From contig NC_086097.1 of assembly GCF_963921235.1 (NCBI RefSeq), forward strand, positions 59,522,001 through 59,586,000: a DNA stretch of 64,000 bases, written 5' to 3'. Made by a program: the position numbers and the translations under genes. Of this stretch, positions 24,746 through 37,027 are shown piece after piece. The notes below the pieces were generated by a model. That model was given only the letters and a program-made list of their open reading frames with translations. It did no database searches and was not told the origin of the DNA. Every line of letters starts with the position of its first letter. The stretch's first letter is position 1. The DNA is from Mobula hypostoma. Its lineage: Eukaryota.

Positions 24746-25724
24746 TATGTGTGCTAGTTGGAGCTAAATAAATAAGAAATCTCATTGTACGTCAATTTTT
24801 CCAAGATAGAAATAATTCTGAACATGATTTTAAAGGCAACGAGTTATAGCATTGGATTCAATGTAGCAAAGAAAATTTACTTGTAGCCCTATCACCTAAA
24901 GTAAGCAATGTCATCGGTATTCATATTTCCTGTCAGACCACTCGAATTTTGCAGTGTGTTATACCCATGCAGAATATGCAATCAAAATAAACAACAATTT
25001 TCTACCTTGCTATAGACAAACTCTTCCCCTGCACAAACCAAAAGTCAGTAACTGAATTTATCATCTTCCATCAGCTGACTCTGGGAACTAACCATTGAAA
25101 GAAATGACTTATCTTTACACTCTTTGCGGGTAATGAAAAGAGCAGGGAAAAGACATTTCATTCATTTCTCACATAAAGGGTATGTACTAAATACATTATT
25201 CAACAAGCAATATCCAACAGTTTTTTTTAGGAAATACAAGCTCAGATTAATACACATTTTTCTTAAAGTGTCAGATGGATTGATAGAAATCCTTAATCAA
25301 ATAACAGCAACATGTCTCTGTGCCACTGCTGGAATAACGGACGCATTTTCATCATGTCCTAGTTAAAGTAAGGAAGCATGTTTCAAAATTAAGCTCATAT
25401 TCAGCTCTTTGTTTTCTGTAAAATTTCAATTTCTTGGCAAGAAAGCTCAAGGGAGTTTCCTTCTAGTACTTGTTTTGCTCTTCAGGAATAAAAATAGCAT
25501 TAACTCGAAAGTCACATCCAATTTACTGTGCTGTGATGCTAGGGATTGGGGAAGGGAGATAAATTATTAACTATTTATACTTGTCTTCATTCAAAATTCT
25601 GTGTAGAATTATTAATGTAACATACATTTTAATGGAACAACCATTGATCAATAGATAAAAAGCCTGGAGTGCGAAAAGAAGAAACCTCTCTTTTCCAATA
25701 TCCAAGCAACACTTACAGAGCAGT

Positions 25725-25809
25725 CGTCGTCATCGTCGTGGCTATCCCTCGAGGTCGAGGATGATAGTCTTCGTTCTGTTGATCTACTAATGGACTCTCA
25801 AGAACCAAC
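25725..25809 (-). mobile_element. 85-bp RTE-like 3' end
   Basis: 11-bp TSD tacagagcagt (25714-25724, 25810-25820); minus-strand (GAC/GAT)n tail after atcatcctcgacctcgagggatagcc. Confidence 0.75.
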
Positions 25810-26849
25810 TACAGAGCAGTACTGCTAACACTTAAACCTGGGCATACTTGGGTATCCCTGCACAAATACTGGTTTCCAGCACTGGTCAGAGCCTCAGTGG
25901 ACATCTAAACTCCTGGCCCTGCTACTGCCACAGAGGGTGCCGTGTGGAGTCCAAAGATGCTGCATGATCCCCTACTGGCTTTCCAGCTCAAACAGAATCA
26001 CAGTTCCCAACGAAATTACAAAATGACATCAGCTACCAAGAAAGTGTTCAGAAAATTATTTAGTAATTACTTTCAATGTGTAATTGATTGCTGTTACTGA
26101 ATGTTTCTAAGTTTGAATGGGAAACACTAAATTATTGTATTATCTTATACAAATTCTAAGCATTAAAATGTTCAGTGGTCCTGCCCTAGTCCCTAATCAC
26201 AAGTCTGGGGATGGATCCTCACTATTAAAACTAAATGAGAGCCTCATTGCTGCACTGGTTGTGGCAAAGAGATGAAAACGAGGCTCCCTGTGACACACCT
26301 CAGTGAACACCAAGGTAAAACAACAACCTAGCCCTGGGGCAAACAAACAACAATTTTGGAGAAATGCCAGATTTATTCTCTTTTGGTAATGATTTTAAAT
26401 TCTGGACAATTGTGTTATATTTCCATTTCCATTTGTGCCAGACAACAGTATATGTCACAGAAATGCTACTGAAATACTTTCAGAGAAGTAAGTACAAAGG
26501 ACTAGAGACATGACCCGTTCCCCTTGTCCATTCGTCTACAGTCTTTTACAGAAAAAAGAACAAAGTGAAGTGTGGGTGTAATTGCAATATGCTTCTTGCT
26601 GATGTCTATTTTCCTGGGAATATTCGAGTAATATCATTGACTAAATGAAGCAGATATCACAGAGTGCCAGATCTTATGTTTCCCAGTCCAGCCATCAGCC
26701 ATTGCAGGGTTACATACCATAATGGGTTACAAAATAGAGTTGGGCAGCATTGCCAACCACAGCACATTTCTTCCCAATGAGCTAAACGTACCCTATGCAT
26801 GCTTTGAACCAAAATGAATGGGTATGTCACCACCCACCCTGAGAGTATC

Positions 26850-28880
26850 CAGTGCAACTAAATCTACAGTCACCATTGAGGACATCAGATTGGTCACCTG
26901 TAGGGTGAACCCACAGAAAGTATCAGTCCCTGGCCATGCTTTTAGATCCTGCGTGGATCCACTGGTAGAGGAATTTGCAAGCATTTTTAAACTCTTCCTA
27001 CTTCAGATTGTGATTCCCTCCCTCATCCTGATAACCAGGAATAACAAGGTAACATGTCTTAATGACTACTGCCCATTCCCTCTGTCATCTACCATCATGA
27101 AGTGCTTTGAGAGTGCAGTCAAGGCACACATTAATTCCAGTCTCCTAGACAATTTCAACCCCCTGCAATTCTGTCTACCATTGAAACAGGTCTGTGGTGG
27201 ACACCATCTCCCTGGCTCTGCTTTCTGGAGCTTCTGGACAGTAAAGACACCTACAAGAAACTGCAGAGAGTTGTGGACCCATTATAGAAACCAACTTGAA
27301 ATCTATGGTTACCCATTGATGCTGCCTTCCCTGCTGTGATCCTCCAGCATTTTGAGTGTGTTGCTTGGATTTCCAGGATTTGCAGATTTTTTCTTGTTTG
27401 TGCATCTCTTCCATTTCACACGTGTGCCCTCACTCCATCCACTCACTGCATCACCAGGGACGGGGCTTCACCTGCCACCCCACCAGCTTCCGTGGCTAGC
27501 CTATAATTCTCTGTAACTCCTGCCATCTTCAACAGGATGCCACCATCAAACACATCTTTCCCTCCCCTCCCCCCAACTTTCCACATCCCTCAAGAATTGC
27601 TCCCTATGCAATTCCCTTATCAATTTGTCCCTCCCTACTGATCTCCCTCCTTGCATTTATCTTTGTCAGTGAAAGATGTACTATACCTGCCCCTGCATCT
27701 CCTCCCTCACTACCATTCAAGGTCCTAAACTCCTTTCAGGTGAGTTGACACTTCACCTGTGAGTCTGTTGGAGTCATCTACTGTATATGGTGCTCCCGGT
27801 GTGGCCTCCTGTATATCGGTGAGACCCAAAGTAGATTGGGAGACTGTTTCGCTGAGCACCTACACTCCATCCACCAGAAAAAGCAGGATTTTCTGGTGGC
27901 CACCCATTTTAAATCTACTTCCTATTCCCATTCTGACATGTCTGTCCATGGCCTCTTCAACCTCCATAATGAGGTCACTCTCAGGTTGGAGAAGCAACAC
28001 CTTACATTCCATCAGGGTAGCCTCCAACCTGTGACATGAACACCAATTTCTCCAACTTTCGGTAAATGCCCTCCCCCCCTTCACCATTCCCCCTTCCCTT
28101 ATCTCTTTACTTGCCCATCACCTCTCTCTGGTGCTCATCTACTTTTCCTTTCTTCCATGGCCTCCTGTCCTTTCCTATCAGATCTCCCCTTTATCTCTTT
28201 CACCAATCCACTTCCTAACTCTTTACTTCACCCTTCCCCCTCTTCTGGTTTCACCAATCACTTACTACCTTGTATTTCTTCCTCCCCTCCCCCCACCTTC
28301 TTACTCTGACCTCATCTTTTTTCTTCCCAGTCCTGATGAAGGGTCTTGGACTAAAACATTGACTGTTTACTCTTTTCCATAGATGCTGCCTGGCCTGCTG
28401 AGTTCCTCTAACATTTTGTGTGTGTTACTTCGATTTCCAGCATCTGCAGATTTTCTCTTGTATGTGACTGACCTCAGTGGTCACTTCTTTACTTCTTATT
28501 GCCTCAGTAATGCAGCTAGCATAATCAAACCACCCACTGCAAAAATTCTCTCTTCTCTCCTCTCCTATTGGTCAGAAGGTACAAAAGCCTAAAAGAACGT
28601 ACCACCAGGTTCAAGCACAGCTTGAATCCCACTATTATCAGTCACTTGAATGGATCTCTTGTACAATAAGATGGACTTGACCTCACAATCTACCTCCTCT
28701 TGCACTTTATTGTTTCCCTGCGCTGCCCTGTCTCTATTGCTTTCACACTTTCTTTTGCATTGTTATCGTTTTACCTCAATGCACTATGTAATGTTTCGAT
28801 CTGTATGAGCTGGATACAAAACAAGCTTTTCCCTGTACCTTTGTACAAGTGACAATAATAAACCATTACTAATACCAGTA
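26850..28880 (+). mobile_element. Rex1/Babar LINE remnant split by Penelope (~26850-27295 and ~28470-28880)
   Basis: ORF 26818-27339 KVTCLNDYCPFPLSSTIMKCFE...NPLQF; 3' part gtcagaaggtacaaaagcct... with tail gtgacaataataaacc. Confidence 0.8.
27315..28465 (+). mobile_element. Penelope-like element with a direct partial tail upstream
   Basis: Tail copy at 27315-27400; GIY-YIG region (gtcatctactgt...ctgtatatcggtgagacc = VIYC...LYIGET); full tail with decayed hammerhead at 28328-28365. Confidence 0.9.
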
Positions 28881-29670
28881 CTCTGGACAATGAGATCAAA
28901 TATTGATTGCAGTATTGATTACCAGATTCCAGGTTTTTTTTATGTAATTGAAGTCTAGTCTCTGTCGCCGTATAGATAATTTTTGTTAGCTTAGACTTTC
29001 AATGTCTTCTTCATCAGACACTGCTTGGGGAAATGATTTTTTCATTGAATATGGCACATATTCTCTCTCTCTTCCTGTTAGTCACTAGAATAATCATTTG
29101 TTTCAAGATGTCTTGTAATGTCCTTGTAATGCAGAAATGTATTGTACAGTGTATTATTTGAGAGCCTTACATAATGTTCCAATTATCTTCCCTTTTTACC
29201 AGTGAAACACAAAAGCATTTGAACTTTCATCTTATCTGGTTTATCTGCTACAGTTAGCTCAATATAGAGTAAAAACACTTCCAACCATTGTCTCTGTCCA
29301 TGCTTTGGATGAGTTAATCATCTGGAAATGCAGTGGCTTGGCAGCTTTATTTGTTCCAATCATGCACTATCTCAATTGAATCACTCAGTTCTTTGTCCTG
29401 TGTTATCTCATCTGCCAGGAAATCTACCCAGTGCTCAGCATCTGGATTCAGGCATGGAATAATTTTATAGTTTCATTAACTGGTGCTTCTGACACAACAT
29501 CTCAGTTTCTTTCTCTCAGTTCACTCAGCAAGTTACTGAACGATATTTATTTACTTAAACTAACATATTACATTATTAAAGGGAAGCTGGAGACGAGCAA
29601 CACTTCTACAGTGCTTACTTTACATGATCTCACTGATTCTGCCAGTTCTGCACTGAAGCATTTTAAATTA

Positions 29671-29698
29671 AGAGAGACAGAGAGAGAGAGAGAGAGAA
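29671..29698. repeat. (AG)n microsatellite
   Basis: agagagacagagagagagagagagagaa. Confidence 0.9.
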
Positions 29699-30286
29699 AG
29701 TTGATCATGTCTTACATTTACCCAACGTTACTTTAGGCACGTGTAACAGCAGCGGCAATAAGTCCTTTTTGACTCGTTGTCATAGTTACATTTCTGAATA
29801 AATGCTAAAGAGTTTGAGATTTAGAACCATACGGATCTGCTTATTTTATCTTTAAATAGATTATTGGACAATTCCAATTACAGATATGTAATCCTCTTCC
29901 TTAACTGTTATCCTTTTGACTTCTCCCACTTTCTCCAAATTGAAGGTGTAAACCATCGGCATAGCCCCCAGCGTTGACTTTTCATTGGTTCTGTCAAGCA
30001 GTGCATATTCCAAACATTCTCCAGAACCCCTCACCAACTCCTTCTGTCACATTGATGACTAGATTGGTGTTGCCTCCTGCACCCATGTGGAACATGTCAC
30101 TTTTATTAACTTAGCGACCAGCTTCTTCCCAGCCATCAACTTTACTCAGACCATTTATGATACCTCTCTTTGTTCTCTCTGTCTCAGGTGACAGAATATC
30201 CACTGACATATACTACAAACTCACCGGCTGCCACTGATACCTTGCCTACACCTCCTCCCATCCTATCAGTTATAACGATGCTATTT

Positions 30287-30665
30287 CATAGAAACATAGA
30301 AAACCTACAGCATAATACAGGGCCTTCAGCCCACAAAGCTGTGCTGAACATGTCCTTATCTTAGAAATTACCTAGGGTTACCCATAGCCCTCTATTTTTC
30401 TGAGCTCCATGTACCTGTCCAGGAGTGTTTTAAGAGACCCCATCGTTTCCGCCTCCACCACCGTCGCTGGCAGCCCACTCCATGCACTCACCACTCTCTG
30501 TGTAAAAAACTTACCCCTGTCATCTCCTCTGTACCTGCTTCCAAGCAGCTTAAAACTGTGCCCTCTCGTGCTCGCCATTCCAGCCCTGGGAATAAGCCTC
30601 CGACTATCCACACGATCAATGCCCGTCATCATCTTATACACCTCGATCAGGTCAGCTCTCATCAT
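30287..30665 (-). mobile_element. CR1 3' end, relatively young
   Basis: DLIEVYKMMTGIDRVDS...FFTQRVVSAWSGLPATVVEA; tail tttctatgtttctat; same subfamily as 52160-53533. Confidence 0.95.
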
Positions 30666-31544
30666 CAGTTTCTCTGTCTCCGCCACATTTGATCTCAAGA
30701 TGAAGCATTCCATTCGAGGACATCTGAGATGCCCTCTTTTTTCATAAAACAGGTTTCCCCCACTGTTATTGATGGAGATCTCACCTCCATCTCTTCCCAG
30801 TAATTCTGCCCTTTCCCCACCTGCTGCTTCCCCAGACAGAACAGGAATAGAGTTCCCCTGGTTCTCACCTATCATCCCATCAGCCTCCACATCATGCTTT
30901 ACACCATCTCCTAACTACAACTTGATTCCACTACCAGCCACAGCTTCCTCTCCCCATGCTTCTATATTTTCTGCAGGGATTACTCTCTCAGTTAATCACC
31001 ACTCATTTCATTCCTCATACTCCACTGGCAGCTTCCCCTCTAACTGTAGGAGATGGTGTAATCACTACCTCTACACATCTTCCCTCACCACCATCCAGGA
31101 GCCTAAACAAATTTTCCCAATGAAGAAGGCATTCACATGCAAAACCACCACCTTTACTTATTGAATTTGGTAATCCTGATGTAGACATCACTACACTAGT
31201 GAGACAGGCTCACAAAAACTGGGTCGCTGTGGCCATCTGGATCTTCTGTTTGCCAGTCATTTTAATTCTTCCCTTATTTGCACACTGACACGATTGTCTT
31301 CAAGCCTCTTCCACTGCCAGGTTAAGGCCAAATGCAAACTAGAGGAAGAGCACCTTATACTCCACCTGGGTATTCTACAACCCAAAGGGATGAATATTGA
31401 ATTCTCCAACTTCCAGTAAACTGCTTTTCAGACCCTGTTCTCTCTTCTTCTGATCTACCCATTTCTTCTTACACTCAGCCCAGCCTCCTTAACTCTGTTT
31501 TCCCCACCTCTCCACCCAATTCACCTTCCCATCACCCACATGCT

Positions 31545-31730
31545 CCAAGTTCAAAATAAATTGATTATCAAAATATGCACGTTACCATATATTGCATTGG
31601 CATTCACTTTCTTGTAGGCATTTATAGGGAAAAAAATACAATAGAACTTTATGAAAAACTGTATATAAACAAGGCTGAAAACCAATGTGCAAAAGAAGAC
31701 ACCGAGAACATGTGTTGTAGAGTCCTTGAG
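31545..31730 (-). mobile_element. Rex1-type 3' tail fragment
   Basis: caagttcaaaataaattgattatcaaaatatgcacgttaccatat resembles 6905-6960. Confidence 0.6.
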
Positions 31731-32938
31731 CCTCTCCTGTCACAGTTCACTTGCTCAATACTTTTCTCTGCCTGCCCATGTCTGTCACTTGATTCTATGC
31801 TTCCCCTTTCTCTCCTAATAGATTCAATCATCTTTAGCCTTTTGGTGTCTCCATCTATCATCACCCTGTCTCTGTTATTAATTTCAATTCAGCCCTCCAC
31901 CAAATGCCGATCAACCCTCCTCACCTGGATCCACCTATTGCTCACTAGCTCTTATTCTACCTCTTCCCTTTGCATTTTTATACTGGCTGTTTCTCCTCAA
32001 TCTTTCAGTCCAGTTGAAAATCCTGACCCAATACACTGACTGTCCTTTTCCCTCCGTAGATGCTGTCTGACCCGATGAGTCCCTCTAGCATCTTACCTTT
32101 AGCTTCATATTTCAGCAACTGCAGACTCCTGTGCCTCCATGTCACCCTGTTTGCACAATTTTTCACCCTCAGATCTATCCAGCAGATTATTGAAACCAGA
32201 GTGGAAATGAGGAATTTCAGCATCACTTGTAGGATGTTTAAGCAAATAGGCTTGACTTTATCATATAAGTACTGACAACAAAAGTAGCTTTCTTTTTCAG
32301 AACAAGTCTTTGTCTTCGGCCAGTCATCCAGTCATCTAACTATGCAAGTACCTTTCCAGTAATGTCATGGGCTCTTGTCCTGTTGAGTAGCATCATGTGT
32401 GGTACATAATCAAAGCCTTCTGAAAATCCAAGTAAACAACATTCACTGACTCTCCATTGTCTATCCTTCTTGTTATTTCCTCAAAGAATTCCAACAGATT
32501 TGATGGCAAGATTTCCCCTTAAGCAAACTATACTGTCTTTGGCCTATTTTATCATGTGTCTCCATGTACTTGAAACCTTATACTTAATAATGGACTGAAA
32601 CATCTTCCCAACCACCGAAGTCAGACTAACTCACCTATATTTTTTTCTTCTTCTGTCTTCCTCACTTCTTGAAGACTGTAGTGACATTTGCAATTTTCCA
32701 GTTCTCCAGAAACATTCCAGAATCTAGTGATTAGAACATAAAACATAGAAAAGTACAGAACAGGAACAGGCAATTCAGCCCACAATATTGTGCTGAACCA
32801 CTTAAAAAACAAATCAAAATACAAATCCATCCTACCTACACCACATCCATATCCCTCCATCTTCCTTACATCCATGTGCCTATCCAAACACCTCTTAAAA
32901 GCCTCTAATGTATTTTCCTCTATCACTATACCAGGAAC

Positions 32939-33028
32939 GGGGGGATGAGGTCTGGGCCTGACGTCCCGCTCACCCAGGGAAAGTGTACGCACAATACATT
33001 GCCTCTCCTTTCCCGGTGTAGTGATCGC
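32939..33028 (+). ncRNA. Candidate HDV-like ribozyme at the RTE 5' end (decayed)
   Basis: Pairings P1 ggg(a)tgag/ctcaccc, P3 ggg/ccc around cctgacgt, P1.1 ct/ag and P4 gggaaag/ctttccc occur in HDV order; P2 is weak and the catalytic C is not evident. Confidence 0.4.
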
Positions 33029-33769
33029 TGTGTGGTTACTGTCTGGCCTGCAAGGCAGAAGGCCACTGAAAATGGCCTCTCCTACATTACTGCATCTGTA
33101 GCAACACCTTCTCGTCGGTGTTCCCTGTTTCCACTGAGCTTGCTACGTGATGGCGTGACCGAGCGTCCGGCGGTATAACTGGATGGATAGGCTGGGCTCG
33201 TTAACCTTGGTTGGCAGCCAGCCCAAGAGAAGGACAACTCTGAATCCAAACCCGGGCAGATGGGGCTCGTCAGCCTTGGCAGGACATCCACCTAGGAGAA
33301 GAACACTCCGACATAAATCCTACGACCCGAGGACTTCGCTGTCACTGTCCCAGTTTGCTGGGCTATGGCAGGTGAACCCTGGGTGTAAAGGGTGGGGCCA
33401 GTACCGCACACACTGCACTCCACCTAAATTACCATTGCGCAGGCTGAAGCACATGCCCACATCTACAACCATCCTCCCCGACCATTCATCAAGCCCTGCA
33501 GCGATGGGAAGGGGGTGAAAACAGCAGGTGGAAGATGACACTGGAAGCCGCAGTTCCGATCCTGCATGCAGGCGGTTCAGATGTATGGGTCGTCTGATGT
33601 TGACCCCGGAGACGACGATATCACTCGGCAGCACCCGGAACGACCAAACAGCCTTCTCTAGGGACAGCACTGCTCGCTCCACATGGAGCGGTGCCTGGAA
33701 AAGGTGGCCTAACCAAAGCTCGTTTCCATTCCCCCAGTTGGCTAGGCGCAGTCAACGGGCATCCTCAAA

Positions 33770-36700
33770 TATGGTCGAGCAACAATAAAAAGAAAAGGAG
33801 AACACCTGCCTCACAAGGAGTGCAAGGACTAACGCTCGCATGCTGGAACATCAGAACCACGCTCGATACAGCAGACAGTGGTCGCCCAGAACGACGATCT
33901 GCCCTAGTTGCACATGAACTTTCAAGACTGAATGTCGACACCACTGCTCTCAGTGAAGTCCGCTTCCCAGAGGAAGGCAACCTTCAAGAACATGGTGCTG
34001 GCTACACCCGCTACTGGTCGGGCAAGCCAGAGACTGAGAGATACCTTTCTGGCGTTGGCTTTATGGTCAGGAACTCCATTGCCTCCAATCTTGAAAACTT
34101 TGCCAATGGGTTACTCCGACCACATCATCTCCATGCGCCTCCCACTTCGAACCAAGCAGCATGCCACAGTCTTCAGCGTGTACTCTTCAAGTGGATCCTG
34201 CAGAAAAGATCAAGTTTTACACTGATCTGTGCAATCTCGTACGGAACGCCCCTGCAGACGACAGGGTCTTCATCCTTGGCAACTTCAGTGCCAGAGTAGG
34301 TCAAGATTCAGAAACCTGGAAAGGAGTACTTGGCAAACATGGTGTGGGAAACTGCAACGATAATGGTCGCCTTCTGTTAGAGTTTTGCGCGGAGCAGCAA
34401 CTCCCCATTATTAACACCATTTTCCAGCAGAAAGACAGTCTGAAGACAACCTGGATGCACTCTCAGTCCAAGCACGTCATAGACTACATCTTGATGCGCC
34501 AGAGAGACCTTCGGGACGTCGTACTCACCCGAGTGATGCCCAGCGCAGAGTGTCATACGGACTATCATCTTGTCCGCTGCAAACTCAGTCTCCATTTCAA
34601 ACCCAAGCCAAAGGGAGGAGGCACTCCAAGGAAGAAGTTTTAGGTTGGCAACCCCAAGTCAGCTGAAGTGAAAGCTGACTTTCAGACGAATCTTCAGTGG
34701 AGGCATTAGGATCCCAGTTTCCCTACAGACTCTTCTCCAGAAGTGCTTTGGAAACACCTAAAAACCACCATCCTGCAAATCTCTGAAGTCCTAGGGTTTT
34801 CCACAAAGAAGAACAAGGACTGGTTCGATGAAAACAACCAGGAGATCCAAGAATTGCTAGCGAAGAAGCGATCCGCCCCAGCGCACCTTGCCTTGCACTG
34901 ACTTGTCTTGATAAGAAAGCACCCTTCCGCCTTGTATGCAGCAACCTCCAGTGTAAGTTTTGAGATATTCAGAACTTGTGGTGGACCAACCTTGAAAAGA
35001 GAACTCAGCTTTGCACAGACACTGGTGACTACAGAGGGTTTTATGAAGCCTCGAGAGCGGTGTACGGCCCTTTGCACTAGGCCCAGAGTCCCTTGCACAG
35101 TGCAGATGGTCAGGCGCTCTTCACAGACAAGGCATCCATCCTGAACCGGTAGTCAGAACATTTCCAGACTCTCTTCAGTGCCAACCGCATGGTCCAAGAC
35201 TCAGCAATTCATTGCATCCCACAACAGCCAGAGAAAACAGAACTGGACAAGATTCCAACACTAGAAGAGACAGTCAAGGCCATAGAGCAAGGCCTTGAAA
35301 AGTGGCAAGGCAGTGGCAGTTGTTGGAATCCCACCTGAGATTTGGAAGCATGGGGCCCATCGTTATACACCAGACTCCACGAGTTCTTTGTCTGCTGCTG
35401 GGGACAAGGTAAACTACCACAGGACTTCCGTGATGCAGTCATCATCACCCTGTATAAGAACAAGAGGGAGAAGTCCGACTGCTCCAACTACCGGGGGATA
35501 ACGCTTCCCTCTATCACTGGAAAAATCTTTGCAACAGTACTCCTGAATAGATTGGTGCCCGTCATTGCAGAAAAACACCTCCCAGAGAGCCAGTGTGGCT
35601 TCAGAGCCAACAGGAGCACCACCAACATGGTATTTGTTCTCAGGCAGCTCCAAGAGAAATGTAGGGCAAAGAACAAGGGATTGTACATGACATTTGTCAA
35701 CCTTACCAAACCATTTGACACCATGAGCAGGGAAAGCCTGTGGCAATTCATGGAATGACTGGGATGCCCCCCAAAGTTCCTCAGCATGGTCATCCAGCTA
35801 CATGAAGATCAGAGTGGCCAAGTCATACACAACAATGACCTCTCAGAACCCTTCCCAATAGACAACGGAGTAAAGCAAGGCTGCGTCTTCACGCCAACTC
35901 TCTTCACCATCTTCTTCAGCATGATGCTCGAAAGGGCCACAGAAGACCTTGATGATGAGGACGGTGTTTACATCCGATACCACACCAATGGCAGCCTGTT
36001 CAACCTGAGGCAACTACAGTCCCACACCAGGACATTGGAGCACCTCATCCGAGAGCTACTCTTCACCGACAATGCTGCTCTTGTTGCCCACACAGAGACA
36101 GCCCTGCAGCGTATAACATCTTGCTTCGCAGAGGCTGCTGAGCTCTTCGGACTGGGAGTCAGATTGAAGAAGACAGAAGTTCTCCATCAGCCTGCATCTC
36201 AAGAAGATTACCACCCTCCTCGCATCACCATCGGTGAAGTAGAGCTGAAGACAGTCCATCAGTTCAGCTACCTGGGTTGCACCATCTCGTCAGATGACAA
36301 GGTCGACAAACAGATTGACAAAAGACTGGCAAAGGCAAACAGCGCATTCAGCAAGCTGTACAAAATAGTTTGGAACAACAAGCATTTGAAGAAAGGCACA
36401 AAGTTCAGTGTGTACAGAGCCGTTGTACTGACCACCCTCCTGTATGGCTCTGAGTTGTGGGTCACCTACCGTCACTACCTACGACTCCTTGAGCGTTTCC
36501 ACCAGCACTGCCTCCGCACCATCCTCAACATCCACTGGAGTGACTTCATCACCAACATCGAAGTCCTTGAACAGGTGGAGGTCACCAGTATCGAGGCCAT
36601 GCTGTTGAAGACGCAGCTGCGCTGGGCAGGACACGTCTCCAGCATGGAGGATCATCGCCTGCCCAAGATTGTGCTGTATGGCGAACTCTCTACTGGCCAC

Positions 36701-37027
36701 CGTGACAGAGGAGCACCGAAGAAGAGGTGCAAGGACTCTCTGAAGAAATCCTTTGGTGCCTGTCACATTGACCATCGCCAGTGGTCTAATCTAGCCTCCG
36801 ATCGCGAGGCCTGGCGACACACCATTCACCAGTCTGTCTCCACCTTTGAGAATGCACGCAGGGATGGCATTGAGGACAAAAGGAGAAGGAAGAAGAACCA
36901 TGACACAGCAGCACCAAACCCAGAACAGAATTTCCCTTGCAGCCACTGTGGCCGAACTTGCCTGTCCCGTATTGGCCTCATCAACTACCAACGAGTCTGG
37001 AGCAGACACAGGCAGCCCCCTTCCTAA
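33770..37027 (+). pseudogene. RTE endonuclease-reverse transcriptase ORF, disrupted
   Basis: LACWNIRT, ALSEVR, ILGNFSARVG, IDYIL, NYRGITL, LPESQCGFR, GVKQGCV, LLFTDN (FADD degraded), YLG, QLRWAGHV, FPCSHCGR; several frameshifts and stops. Start approximate. Confidence 0.95.

Larger units (their letters stand above)
29885..32140 (+). mobile_element. Old Penelope-like element (RT to tail) with CR1 and Rex1-tail insertions
   Basis: cactttctccaaattgaaggtgta (HFLQ.KGV), cacattgatgac (YIDD-like), actgacatatactacaaactcac (TDIYYK), GIY-YIG remnant, decayed tail at 32005-32135. Confidence 0.8.

Noticed and set aside
35786..37027. 413-aa ORF as a functional reverse transcriptase
   Set aside because: Only the C-terminal part of a disrupted RTE ORF; the catalytic FADD reads FTDN.
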